Assembly (NCBI RefSeq): GCF_963921235.1
Contig: NC_086097.1
Coordinates: 744,001-808,000, forward strand
Source of the DNA: Mobula hypostoma
Lineage: Eukaryota
Length of the DNA: 64,000 bases
Reading direction: 5' to 3'
Shown here: one piece after another, positions 37,941 through 50,800 of the stretch
Numbering within the stretch: position 1 is the first letter of the stretch
How the letters are laid out: every line of letters starts with the position of its first letter
Made by a program: the position numbers and the translations under genes
The notes under the pieces: generated by a model
Told to the model about the DNA's origin: nothing
The model's database searches: none
The model's input: the letters and a program-made list of their open reading frames with translations, nothing else

Positions 37941-38174
37941 CTGCTGAGTAATAATTGTGTTAATGCAGCTTGCTGCACACACAATACTGCTTCAGGCCAA
38001 GAGTGAGTCAGCACTTCACTGATTTTAATACAAACCAATTAGCACTGATGGTTTCTCTGTCAGACCAGCCCACAAGGTCCGAAACTGTTCAATCATTTGT
38101 CTGGAGGGTTTCAAAACAAAACTATGGGAACAGTTTTGCAGCAAATTCATGGAACATAGAACAGTTCACTACAG

Positions 38175-38404
38175 TGTTATCTATTTAATATTTCAGTAAT
38201 ATTGTAAATATATTTTTTGATTTAGCATTCTTTGATGTTTAAATAATTCATTACTAGTTTAGACGTAAAAGTATGTGAATGGCATACATCATTACGCCGC
38301 ATCATAAATACACTCCTCACTAAAAATAAAAACCTACACAAGTTACCCTGACTTCATGTTTTTCTTTTAATTAGTTTTATAATTTGGAGTTACAAAACAT
38401 AACA
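38175..38404 (+). repeat. 5' LTR (230 bp)
   Basis: TGTTAT...ATAACA termini, AATAAA, followed by a gtggtaaagagg PBS-like site; homologous to 43222-43330. Confidence 0.75.
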
Positions 38405-39012
38405 GTGGTAAAGAGGTATTTTTGAAATGAACCAGAGACAACTACCTACCAGTTGAAGCGCAGTGAGACATTCCAGTTTTTAAAAAGCGCAGTGTGCTTT
38501 CTTTGCAAGAGGAGAAGCCTTCCAGTTTAAAAAAAGGCAGAAAACAGACAAATTCATGGGTTCATAAACAGTGAGTACTGGGTGATAATAATCATAAATT
38601 CAAAAAAGAACAAAAATGACTGGCTACATCGGAAAGATAGGCACATTGGATTGCACAGAACATTACTGGTTGATGTATACGGAATGAACTGAGCAGTATT
38701 TTGATGTAAATTAAATAGCAAATGAACGAGTGCCAGCTTTGCTGAGTACCTTGGTTAGAAAAGCATACAGTTTGCTAGAAGTTCGACTGCTTCAACCAAA
38801 ACAGCTTAAGTGAGCTTTACTGATATCATGAAAGTACTGCAAGAACATTTAGAACTGAAACCATTGTTGATTGCAGATGCTTTAGCTTTCATAAGCGGAA
38901 TCAAAAGAAAGGGGAGTTCATTTCAGTTTACATAGCTGAATTGAAGATTGTCTGAGCATTCCCAGTTCAGTGATAGGCTTAATGATACACTGAGAGATCA
39001 TTTAGTTTGTGG

Positions 39013-41580
39013 CTCCTGGAGAGCAGCTGGTGGAGTGACGCAGCTTGCAGCGGCCACTCCGGTGGTGATGTGCGTTATCTGTCAAGTAGGGTGCCGTGCA
39101 CAATCCTGATTTGATGGAGACGGACGTGACAGCACGGAGGAACAGCTGGTGAAACTTCTAAAATGCCTGCTTCACTGCTGCTGCTACTGTGTGGTCTAGA
39201 ATCTCCGGAGGGGAAGGCCCCGAGTCCTCGACTTTGCTTGTTGCTCGGCGGTCGGGGCGGGGTCGAAGCGCTCGGCAGAAGATGGTGCTTGGAGAGGCTG
39301 TGTCGGAGGGGCTGGTCAGAGGCTCGAAGTTTTCAGACGGACTCGGAGTCCACTGCAGTCGGGTGCTTCCAATGGTGCTGCGTCGGCAAGTTTGCGGCGC
39401 TTGGAGGTTCATCGCAGGGAGAGTTTCTCCCTTCTACCGCCTGCATGAGATGATGAGGCTATCGAGACCTTGAGACTTTTTTTTACCGTGCCCATGGTCT
39501 GCTCTTTATCAAATTATGGTATTGCTTTGCACTGGTATAACTATATATTATAATTATGTGGTTCTGTAAGTTTTAGTCTTGGATTGTCCTGTGTTTTTCT
39601 TGCGATAAAAACGGACTGTAAAAGCTTTTATAGATATGTAAAAAGGAAAAGACTGGTAAAGACAAATGTAGGTCCCCTGCAGACAGAAACAGGTGAATTG
39701 ATTATGGGGAGCAAGGACATGGCAGACCAATTGAATAATTACTTTGGTTCTGTCTTCACTAAGGAGGACATAAATAATCTTCCAGAAATAGTAAGGGACA
39801 GAGGGTCCAGTGAGATGGAGGAACTGAGCGAAATACATGTTAGTAGGGAAGTGATGTTAGGTAAATTGAAGGGATTGAAGGCAGATAAATCCCCAGGGCC
39901 AGATGGTCTGCATCCCAGAGTGCTTAAGGAAGTAGCCCAAGAAATAGTGGATGCATTAGTGATAATTTTTCAAAACTCGTTAGATTCTGGACTAGTTCCT
40001 GAGGATTGGAGGGTGGTTAATGTAACCCCACTTTTTAAAAAAGGAGGGAGAGAAAAACCGGGGAATTATAGACCGGTTAGCCTAACGTCAGTGGTGGGGA
40101 AACTGCTGGAGTCAGTTATCAAGGATGTGATAACAGCACATTTGGAAAGCGGTGAAATGATCGGACAAAGTCAGCATGGATTTGTGAAAGGAAAATCATG
40201 TCTGACGAATCTCATAGAATTTTTTGAAGATGTAACTAGTAGAGTGGATAGGGGAGAACCAGTGGATGTGGTATATTTGGATTTTCAAAAGGCTTTTGAC
40301 AAGGTCCCACACAGGAGATTAGTGTGCAAACTTAAAGCACACGGTATTGGGGGTAAGGTATTGGTGTGGGTGGCGAATTGGTTAGCAGACAGGAAGCAAA
40401 GAGTGGGAATAAACGGGACCTTTTCAGAATGGCAGGCGGTGACTAGTGGGGTACCGCAAGGCTCAGTGCTGGGACCCCAGTTGTTTACAATATATATTAA
40501 TGACTTGGATGAGGGAATTAAATGCAGCATCTCCAAGTTTGCGGATGACACGAAGCTGGGTGGCAGTGTTAGCAGTGAGGAGGATGCTAAGAGGATGCAG
40601 GGTGACTTGGATAGGTTGGGTGAGTGGGCAAATTCATGGCAGATGCAATTTAATGTGGATAAATGTGAAGTTATCCACTTTGGTGGCAAAAATAGGAAAA
40701 CAGATTATTATCTGAATGGTGGCCGATTAGGAAAAGGGGAGGTGCAACGAGACCTGGGTGTCATTATACACCAGTCATTGAAAGTGGGCATGCAGGTACA
40801 GCAGGCGGTGAAAAAGGCAAATGGATGCTGGCATTTATAGCAAGAGGATTCGAGTACAGGAGCAGGGAGGTACTACTGCAGTTGTACAAGGCCTTGGTGA
40901 GACCACACCTGGAGTATTGTGTGCAGTTTTGGTCCCCTAATCTGAGGAAAGACATCTTTGCCATAGAGGGAGTACAAAGAAGGTTCACCAGATTGATTCC
41001 TGGGATGGCAGGACTTTCATATGAAGAAAGACTGGATGAACTGGGCTTGTACTCGTTGGAATTTAGAAGATTGAGGGGGGATCTGATTGAAACGTATAAG
41101 ATCCTAAAGGGATTGGACAGGCTAGATGCAGGAAGATTGTTCCCGATGTTGGGGAAGTCCAGAACGAGGGGCCACAGTTTGAGGATAGAGGGGAAGCCTT
41201 TTAGGACCGAGATTAGGAAAAACTTCTTCACACAGAGAGTGGTGAATCTGTGGAATTCTCTGCCACAGGAAACAGTTGAGGCCAGTTCATTGGCTATATT
41301 TAAGAGGGAGTTAGATATGGCCCTTGTGGCTACGGGGGTCAGGGGGTATGGAGGGAAGGCTGGGGCGGGGTTCTTAGTTGGATGATCAGCCATGATCATA
41401 ATAAATGGTGGTGCAGGCTCGAAGGGCCGAGTGGCCTACTCCTGCACCTATTTTCTATGTTTCTATGTTTCTATGATATCACTCTGGAGAAACATTGCAT
41501 CATTTTTTAATACATGCATTTCTAAATAACAATAAACGACGACTGAGTGTCCTCATAATCTAATCTAATCTAATCTAATT
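39013..41580 (+). mobile_element. Unclassified GC-rich non-autonomous retroposon, copy 1 (39013-39607 plus 41475-41580)
   Basis: Homologous to 51077-51570 and 47836-47985; ends AATAAA...(AATCT)n; no recognisable protein motifs. Confidence 0.7.
39604..41475 (+). mobile_element. Young 5'-truncated CR1 LINE
   Basis: RT ORFs 39584-40840 and 40825-41385 separated by one frameshift; (TTCTATGT)n tail. Confidence 0.95.
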
Positions 41581-43957
41581 GAAGCACAATTTACATTTAA
41601 AAGAGCAGTTGAAATACTGAATCAATGGAAACAGCAGACAGAGACAATTGAGTTGTAGTCAGGAATGAAAGTGAGTGTGAACAAAATTGCAATGTCTAAA
41701 CAGAAACGTGCTTAGCCAAACAAATTGTGTTACAGTTGTGGAGAGACAGACATACACCAGACCAATGCAGGTTTAAAGGTGAAATTTGCGAAAAATGTAA
41801 CAAAGTAGGACACATACAAGAGCCTATCAGGCAGACAAAAATAGAAGGACTGTACAGGGAAGAGATAAAGATAAAAAGTCAAGTTGCAGTTTCAAAAAAA
41901 AAGAAGCACTAATGAGCGCGCTGTTGATGAAAAATCTAATAATGATGAGAGTGACAAAGGACTGATAGCCTTGAGATTTATAATGTGAAAACATTAGACA
42001 AGTAATATGGCTTACAGCAAATTAATTAAAATGGAATTGGATATTGGGTCAGCTGTTTCAGTCACTCCACAAAACCTCATTTCAATGATACTAAACTAAA
42101 GCCTGCAGATATTCAACTAAGAACTCATACTGGAAAAAAGATAAATCCTGTGAAAATGACATTCATAACAGTGAAATCCAACAACCAACAATCCACATTG
42201 GGTTTGCATTTGATAAAAACAGGAGGACCAGCATTATGGGGTCATGATTGACTGAGACCACTACAACTTGATTGGAGACCCATCCACCATGCCACATCCC
42301 CTGTAATAGAATTAACTGAAAGCCAATTTTAATAAGTACTGGATGATATCATAGTAGTGTTTGAGGACTGCATTGGAAAACTCAAACATATCAAGGGTAA
42401 AATACTGTAAAATGAAAATGGCACACCCAAATTTTACAAAGCTTTTATGATTCCTTATACCATCTGTGATAAAGTACCCAGTGAGCTAAATCACATGGAG
42501 GCTGAAGGAATTCTTTCCAAAGTTGAGTGGAGCCCATGGGCCACGCCAGTGGTCCCAGTAGCCAAGTCTATCAAGATCTGTGATGATTTTGAGGTCACCA
42601 TCAACCCAGTACCGAAAGTAGATCAATACCTTCTTCCCAAGATAGAGGATATCTTTGCAAACCTTTCTATGGAGGAAAACACATCAGCAAAGCGGATTTA
42701 GCTGACGCCTACCTACAGATGGAGATAGTAGAAGAATCCAAAGTGTTTCTCATGATCATTCACAAAGAGCTTTATTGCTATTATAGGCTTATTTTTGGAG
42801 GAGCACCTGCACCTACACTCTGACAGAAAGCTATAGACCGGGAGCTGCAAGGCTGCCCCAGCCCTCAGTGTTACCTGGGTGACATTGTTATTACCGGTAA
42901 CAATGACAAGGAGCTCCACCAAAATCTTAAGCAGTGTTAAAAATATTAGAAGATTATAGGCTCAGAGCACAATGTCAGTGTGAATTCTTTAAACCACTTA
43001 ATGTGGTCACATCATTAATACACAAGATTTACATAAGGGTCTAGGCCTGAAATATTGACTGTTTACTCTTTTCCATAGTTCGCACCTGGCCTGCTGAGTT
43101 CCTCCAGCATTTTGTGTGTGTGGCATTGAGAAAATTCAAACAGGCTGAGGACATGTCACAGTTGTGATCCTTTTTAGGATTTCTCAATTACTATAACAGG
43201 TTGCTGTCAAACCTGACTACTGTTTTGTTAGATCAAACATTCTTTGCTGCAAAAATAATTAATTACTGGTTATATGTAAAAGTGCATGAATAACATACGT
43301 CATTATTTCAACATGTCATGATTTTGCACCTACAAGACCATAAGATATAGGAGCAGAATTAGACCATTTGGCCCGTCAAGTCAGCTCCGCCATTTCATCA
43401 TGGCCGATCTAATTTTCCTCTAAGCCCCAATCCCCTGCCTTCTCCCTATTTCCCTTCATGCCTTAACGAATCAAGAATCTACCAATCTCTGCCTTAAATA
43501 TACATAAAGCCTGTGGCACAGAATTCCATAGATTCACCACTCTCTGGCTAAATAAATTCTTCCTCATCTCCATTCTAAAAGGATGCCCCTCAATTATGAG
43601 GCTTTGACTTCTGGTCTTAGACTCTCCCACCATAGGAAACATCCTCTCCACACCCACCCTATCAGGGCCTTTCACCATTTCATAGGTTTCAATTAGGTCT
43701 CTCCTCATTCTTCTGAATTCCAGTGAATACACACCCAAAGCCATCAAACACTCTTCATGACAAGCCATTCAGTCCTGGAATCATTTTCATGAAGTTCCTT
43801 TCAACCCTCTCCTGTTTCAGCACATCCTTTCAAAGATAAGAGGCCCAAACCTGCTCACAATACTCCAACTGAGACATCACCAGTGCTTTATAAAGGTTCA
43901 ACATTCCATCCTTACTTTTATACTCTAGTCCTCTTCAAAGGAATGTTAATATTGCAT

Positions 43958-46900
43958 GGTTACACTTGAACTACAGGGGGACCAATATCCTTTCCGGAAG
44001 GTTTGTTAGTGCTGTTGGAGAGGCTTTAAACTAGATTTGCAGGGGGATGGGAATCAAGAGTGCCAGAGCTGACAGTGTGGCTGGGGTGAAAATAAATGAT
44101 GTTAAAAGTTCAAGCAAATCCACTAATAGAAAGGTTGTGAGTGGTGGTAAAAATCTTCTGAGCCGTATATATTTCAATGCTAGGAGTATTGCGGGGAAGG
44201 CGGATGAGTTGAGGGCATGGATTGACACGTGGAATTATGACGTTATAGCAATTAGTGAAACTTGGCTACAGGAGGGGCAGGACTGGCAGCTTAATATTCC
44301 AGGGTTCCGATGTTTCAGATGAGATCGAGGCAGAGGAATGAAAGGTGGGGGAGTAGCATTGCTTGTTAGGGAAAATATTACAGCAGTGCTCAGGCAGGAC
44401 AGATTAGAGGGCTTGTCTACTGAGTCCTTATGGGTGGAGCTGAGAAACAGGAAAGGTATGGCCATATTAGTGGGATTGTATTACAGACCACCCAATAGTC
44501 AACGAGAATTGGAAGAGCAAATCTGCAGCGAGATAGCAGGCAACTGCAGGAAACATAAAGTTGTGGGGGTAAGGGATTTTAATTTTCCATATATTGATTG
44601 GGACTCCCATACTGTTAGGGGTCTAGATGGTTTAGAGTTTGTAAAATGTGTTCAGGAAAGTTTTCTAAATCAATATATAGAGGGACCAACTAGAGGGGAT
44701 GCGATATTGAATCTCCTGTTAGGAAACGAGTTAGGACAAGTGCTCCTGTGTAGGGGAGCACTTTGGTTCCAGTGATCATAACACCATTACTTTCAACTTG
44801 ATCATGGACAAGGATAGATCTGGTCCTAGGGCTGAGGTTCTGAACTGGAAGAAGGCCAAATTTGAAGAAATGAGAAAGGATCTAAAAAGCGTGGATTGGG
44901 ACAGGTTGTTCTCTGGCAAAGATGTGATCGGTAGGTGGGAAGCCTTCAAAGGAGAAATTTTGAGAGTGCAGAATTTGTATGTTCCTGTCAGGATTAAAGG
45001 CAAAGTGAATAGGAATAAGGAACCTTGGTTCTCAAGGGATATTACAACTCTGATAAAGAAGAAGAGGGAGTTGTATGACATGTATAGGAAACAGGGAGTA
45101 AATAAAGTGCTTGAGGAGTATAAGAAGTGCAATAAAATACTTAAGAAAGAAATCAGGAAGGCTAAAAGACATAAGGTTGCCTTGGCAGTCAAGGTGAAGG
45201 ATAATCCAAAGAGCCTTTACAGGTATATTAAGAGCAAAAGGATTGTAAGGGATAGAATTGGTCCTCTTGAGATCAGAGTGGTCGGCCATGTGCGGAACCA
45301 AAGGAAATGGGGGAGATCTTAAATAGGTTTTTTGCGTCTGTATTTACTAAGGAAACTGGCATGAAGCCTATGGAATTAAGGGAAACAAGTAGTGAGATCA
45401 TGGAAACTGTACAGATCGAAAAGGAGGAGGTGCTTGCTGTCTTGAGGAAAATTAAAGTGGATAAATCCCCGGGACCTGACAGGGTGTTCCCTCAGACCTT
45501 GAAGGAGACTAGTGTTGAAATTGCAGGGGCCCTGGCAGAAATATTTAAAATGTCGCTGTCTACAGGTGAGGTGCCGGAGGATTGGAGAGTGGCTAATGTT
45601 GTTCCGTTGTTTAAAAAAGGATCGAAAAGTAATCCGGGAAATTATAGGCCAGTAAGTTTAACATCAGTAGTAGGTAAGTTATTGGAGGGAGTACTTAGAG
45701 ACAGAATCTACAAGCATTTGGATAGACAGGGACTTATTAGGGAGAGTCAACATGGCTTTGTGTGTGGTAGATCATGTTTGACCAATCTATTGGAGTTTTT
45801 CGAGGAGGTTACCAGGAAAGTCGATGAAGGGAAGGCAGTGGATATTGTCTACATAGACTTCAGTAAGGCTTTTGACAAGGTCCCGCATGGGAGGTGAGTT
45901 AGGAAGATTCAGTCGCTAGGTATACATGGAGAGGTGGTAAATTGGATTAGACATTGGCTCAATGGAAGAAGACAAAGAGTGGTAGTAGAAAATTGCTTCT
46001 CCGAGTGGAGGCCTGTGACTAGTGGTGTGCCACAGGGATCAGTGCTAGGTCGATTGTTATTTGTCATCTATATCAATGATCAGGATGATAATGTGGTAAA
46101 TTGGATCAGAAAATTTGCTGATGATACAAAGATTGGAGGTGTAGTAGACAGTGAGGAAGGTTTTCAGAGCCTGCAGAGGGAGTTGGACCAGCTGGAAAAA
46201 TGGGCTGAAAAATGGCAGATGGAGTTTAATACTGACAAGTGTGAGGTATTGCATGTTGGAAGGACAAACCAAGGTAGAACATACAGGGTTAATGTTAAGG
46301 CACTGAGGAGTGCAGTAGAACAGAGGGATCTGGGAATACAGATACAAAATTCCCTAAAAGTGATGTCACAGGTAGATAGGGTCGTAAAGAGAGCTTTTGG
46401 TACATGGGCCTTTATTAATCAAAGTATTGAGTATAAGAGCTGGAATGTTATGATGAGGTTGTATAAGGCATTGGTGAGGCCGAATCTGGAGTATTGTGTT
46501 CAGTTTTGGCCACCAAATTACAGAGAGGATATTAATAAGGTTGAAAGAGTGCAGAGAAGGTTTACAAGGATGTTGCCAGGACTTGAGAAACTCAGTTACA
46601 GAGAAAGGTTGAATAGGTTAGGACTTTATTCCCTGGAGCATAGAAGAATAAGGGGAGATTTGGTAGAGGTATATAAAATTATGATGGGTATAGATAGAGT
46701 GAATGCAAGCAGGCTTTTTCCACTGAGGCAAGGGAAGGAAAAAACCAGAGGACATGGGTTAAGGGTGAGGGGGGAAAAGTTTAAAGGGAACATTAGCGGA
46801 GGCTTCTTCACACAGAGAGTGGTGGGAGTATGGAATGAGCTGCCAGATAAGGTGGTAAATGCGGGTTCTTTTTTAACATTTAAGAATAAATTGGACAGAT

Positions 46901-47020
46901 ACATGGATGGGAGGTGTATGGAGGGATATGGTCTGTGTGCAGGTCAGTGGGACTAGGCAGAAAATGGTTCGGCACAGCCAAGAAGGGCCAAAGGGCCTGT
47001 TTCTGTGCTGTAGTTTCTAT
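43958..47020 (+). mobile_element. CR1 LINE with ORF1 esterase C-terminus and whole ORF2 (interrupted)
   Basis: GLHLNYRGTNILSGRFVSAVGEALN* (stop 44032), APE 44047-44775, RT 45307-46956. Confidence 0.95.
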
Positions 47021-47835
47021 TGTTTGTCTTCCTCACCACAGACTCAACAAGGATTCCCAAGTCCCTTTGCACCTCAGTTTTTTTTTGTATTTACTCCCCA
47101 TTTAGAAAATAGTCAACCCCTTCATTTCTTGTAGCAAAGTGCATGACCATACACTTCCTGACACTGCAGTCCATCTGTCATTTCATTGCCCATTCTCTAA
47201 TTCTATCGAAGCCTTTCTGTAGCCTCTAGTTCCTCAAAGCTACCTACCACTCCACCTGAGTATCATATGCAAGCTATGCAACAAAGCCATCAACTCCATC
47301 ATCCAAATCATTGACATATAACGTAAAAAGAATCAGTCCCAACACAGACCCTTGTGGAACACCACCAGTCACTGGCAGCTAGCCAGAAAAGGCTCCCTTT
47401 ATTCCCACTCTTTGCCTCCTGCCAATCAGTCACAGCTTTATCCATGCTAGTCTTTCTTGTAATACCATGGGCTCATAGCTTGCTAAGCAGCCTCATGTGT
47501 GGCACCTTGTCAAAGGCCTTCTGAAAATCCAAGTACACTATATCCACTGATATTCCTTTGTCTATCCTGCTTGCTATTTCTTCAAAGAATTTCAACTGAT
47601 TTGTCAGGCATGATTTTCCGTTCAGGAAATCATGTTGACTAAGGCCCTTTTTATTATGTGCCTGCAAGTACCCTGAAACCCCATCCTTAATAATCAACAC
47701 CAACCACAGAGGTCAGACTAACTGGCGTATAATTCCCCTTCTTCGCTCCCTTCTTGAAGAGTGGAGTGACATTTGCAATTTTCCAGTCTTCTGGAACCAT
47801 TCCAGAATCTAGTGATTATAAAAAGGTCATTACTA

Positions 47836-50800
47836 ATTAGATTAGATTAGATTAGATTATGAGGACATGCAGTCCTCTTTTATTGTCATTTAGTAATGCA
47901 TGCATTAAGAAATGATACGTTTTTCCAGAATGATATCACAGAAACACATGACAAATGGACATAAAAACTAACAAAACCACATAACCTGTACAGATTGGAT
48001 TGGTTGCACCTGAACCCGAGGGGGAGCAGTATCCTTGCAGGTAGGTTTGCTAGCATGGTTCGGGAGGGTTTAAACTAATTTGCAAGTGGGATGGGACCCG
48101 GAGCGATAGAGCAGTGAAAGAAGTGCATGGAGTAAAGCCAGATCTAACATACAGAGAGGCTTTGAGGAAAGAGAAGCAGAATAAAGGGTGTAAAGGTAGG
48201 AAGGCAGAAAGCCTGAAGTGTGTGTACCTCAATGCAAGAAGCATCAGGAACAAAGGTGATGAACTGAGAGCTTGGATACATACATGGAATTATGATGTAG
48301 TGGCCATTGCAGAGATTTGGCTGGTACCAGGGCAGGAATGGATTATCAATATTCCTGGATTTCAGTGCTTTAAAAGGGATAGTGGTGGGGGGGGGGAAGG
48401 GGAGGAGGGGTGGCATTACTGGTCAGAGATACTATTACAGCTACAGAAGGGGTGGGTAATGTAGCAGGATCCTCTTTTGAGTCAGTATGGCTGGAAGTCA
48501 GGAACAGGAAGGGAGCAGTTACTCTATTGGGGGTATTCCATAGGCCTCCTGGTAGCAGCAGAGATACAGAGGAGCAGATTGGGAGGCAGATTTTGGAAAG
48601 GTTCAAAAATAACAGGGTTGTTATCATGGGTGACTTTAACTTCCCTAATATTGATTGGCACCTGATTAGTTCCAAGGGTTTAGATGGGGCACAGTTTGTT
48701 AAGTGTGTCCAGGACAGATTCCTGTCACAGTATGTGGACAGGTCGACTAGGGGGAATGCCATACTAGATCTAGTACTAGGTAATGAACCGGGTTAGGTCA
48801 CAGATCTCTCAGTGGGTGAGCATCCGGGGGTCAGTGACCACCGCTCCCTGTTCTTCAGCATTATCATGGAAAAGGATAGAATCAGAGAGGACAGGAAAAT
48901 TTTTAATTGGGGAAGGGCAAATTATGAAGCTATTCGGCTAGAACTTGCGGGTGTGAATTGGGATGATGTTTTTGCAGGGAAATGTACTATGGACATGTGG
49001 TCGAAGTTTAGAGATCTCTTGCAGGATGTTAGGGTTAAATTTGCCCCAGTGAGGAAGATAAAGAATGGTAGGGTGAAGGAACCATGGGTGACAAGTGAGG
49101 TGGAAAATCTAGTCAGGTGGAAGAAGGCATCATACATGAGGTTTAGGAAGCAAGGATCAGATGGGTCTATTGAGGAATATATAGGGAAGCAAGAAAGGAG
49201 CTTAAGAAGGGGCTGAGAAGAGCAAGAAGGGGTCATGAGAAGGCCTTGGCAAGTAGGGTAAAGGAAAACCCCAAGGCATTCTTCAACTATGTGAAGAACA
49301 AAAGGATGACAGGAATGAAGGTAGGACCCATTAGAGATAACGGTGGGAAGATGTGCCTGGAGGCTGTGGAAGTGAGCGAGGTCCTCAATGAATACTTCTC
49401 TTTGGTATTCACCAATGAGAGGGAACTTGATGATGGTGAGGACAATATGAGTCAGGTTGATGTTCTGGAGCATGTTAATATTAAAGGAAAGGAGGTGTCG
49501 GAGTTCTTAAAACACATTAGGACGGATAAGTCCCCGGGGCCTGACAGAATATTCCCCAGAATGCTCCATGAGGCGAGGGAAGAGATTGCTGAGCCTCTGG
49601 CTAGGATCTTTATGTCCTCGTTGTCCATGGGAATGGTACCGGAGGATTGGAGGGAGGCGAATGTTGTCCCCTTGTTAAAAAGAGGTAGTAGGGATAGTCC
49701 GGGTAATTATACACCAGTGAGCCTTACGTCTGTGGTGGGAAAGCTGTTGGAAAAGATTCTTAGAGATAGGATCTCTGGGCATTTAGAGAATCATGGTCTG
49801 ATCAGGGACAGTCTGCATGGCTTTGTGAAGGACAGATCGTGTCTAACAAGCCTGATAGAGTTCTTTGAGGAGGTGACCAGGCATATAGATGAGGGTAGTG
49901 CAGTGGATGTGATCTATATGGATTTTAATAAGGCACTTGACAAGGTTCCACATGGTAGGCTTATTCAGAAAGTCAGAAGGCATGGGATCCAGGGAAGTTT
50001 GGCCAGGTGGATTCAGAATTGACTTGCCTGCAGAAGGCAGAGGGTGGTGGTGGAGGGAGTACATTCAGACTGGAGGATTGTGACTAGTGGTGTTCCACAA
50101 GGATCTGTTCTGGAACCTCTACTTTTCGTGATTTTTATTAACGATCTGGATGTGGGGGTAGAGGGGTGGGTTGGCAAGTTTGCAGATGACACAAAGGTCG
50201 GTGGTGTTGTGGATAGTGTAGAGGATTGTCGAAGATTGCAGAGAGACATTGATAGGATGCAGAAGTGGGCTGAGAAGTGGCAGATGGAGTTCAACCCCGA
50301 GAAGTGTGAGGTGGTACACTTTGGAAGGACAAACTCCAAGGCAGAGTACAAAGTAAATGGCAGGATACTTGATAGTGTGGAGGAGCAGAGGGATCTGGGG
50401 GTACATGTCCACATATCCCTGAAAGTTGCCTCACAGGTAGATAGGGTAGTTAAGAAACCTTATGGGGAGTTAGCTTTCATAAGTCGAGGGATAGAGTTTA
50501 AGAGTCGCGATGTGATGATGCAGCTCTATAAAACTCTGGTTAGGCCACACTTGGAGTACTGTGTCCAGTTCTGGTCGCCTCAATATGGGAAGGATGTGGA
50601 AGCATTGGAAAGGGTACAGAGGAGATTTACCAGGATGCTGCCTGGTTTAGAGAGTATGCATTATGATCAGAGATTAAGGGAGCTAGGGCTTTACTCTTTG
50701 GAGAGAAGGAGGATGAGAGGAGACATGATAGAGGTGTACAAGATATTAAGAGGATTAGATAGAGTGGATAGCCAGCGCCTCTTCCCCAGGGCACCACTGC

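Larger units (their letters stand above)
38175..43330 (+). mobile_element. Decayed Gypsy LTR retrotransposon with internal deletion and nested inserts
   Basis: 5' LTR, gag MTGYIGKI...EQYF...LRDHLVCG (38617-39012) resuming at 41580, two CCHC knuckles near 41727-41815, protease MELDIGSAVS at 42031, RT SPWATPVVPV and CYLGDIVIT (~42870), partial 3' LTR at 43222-43330. Confidence 0.85.
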
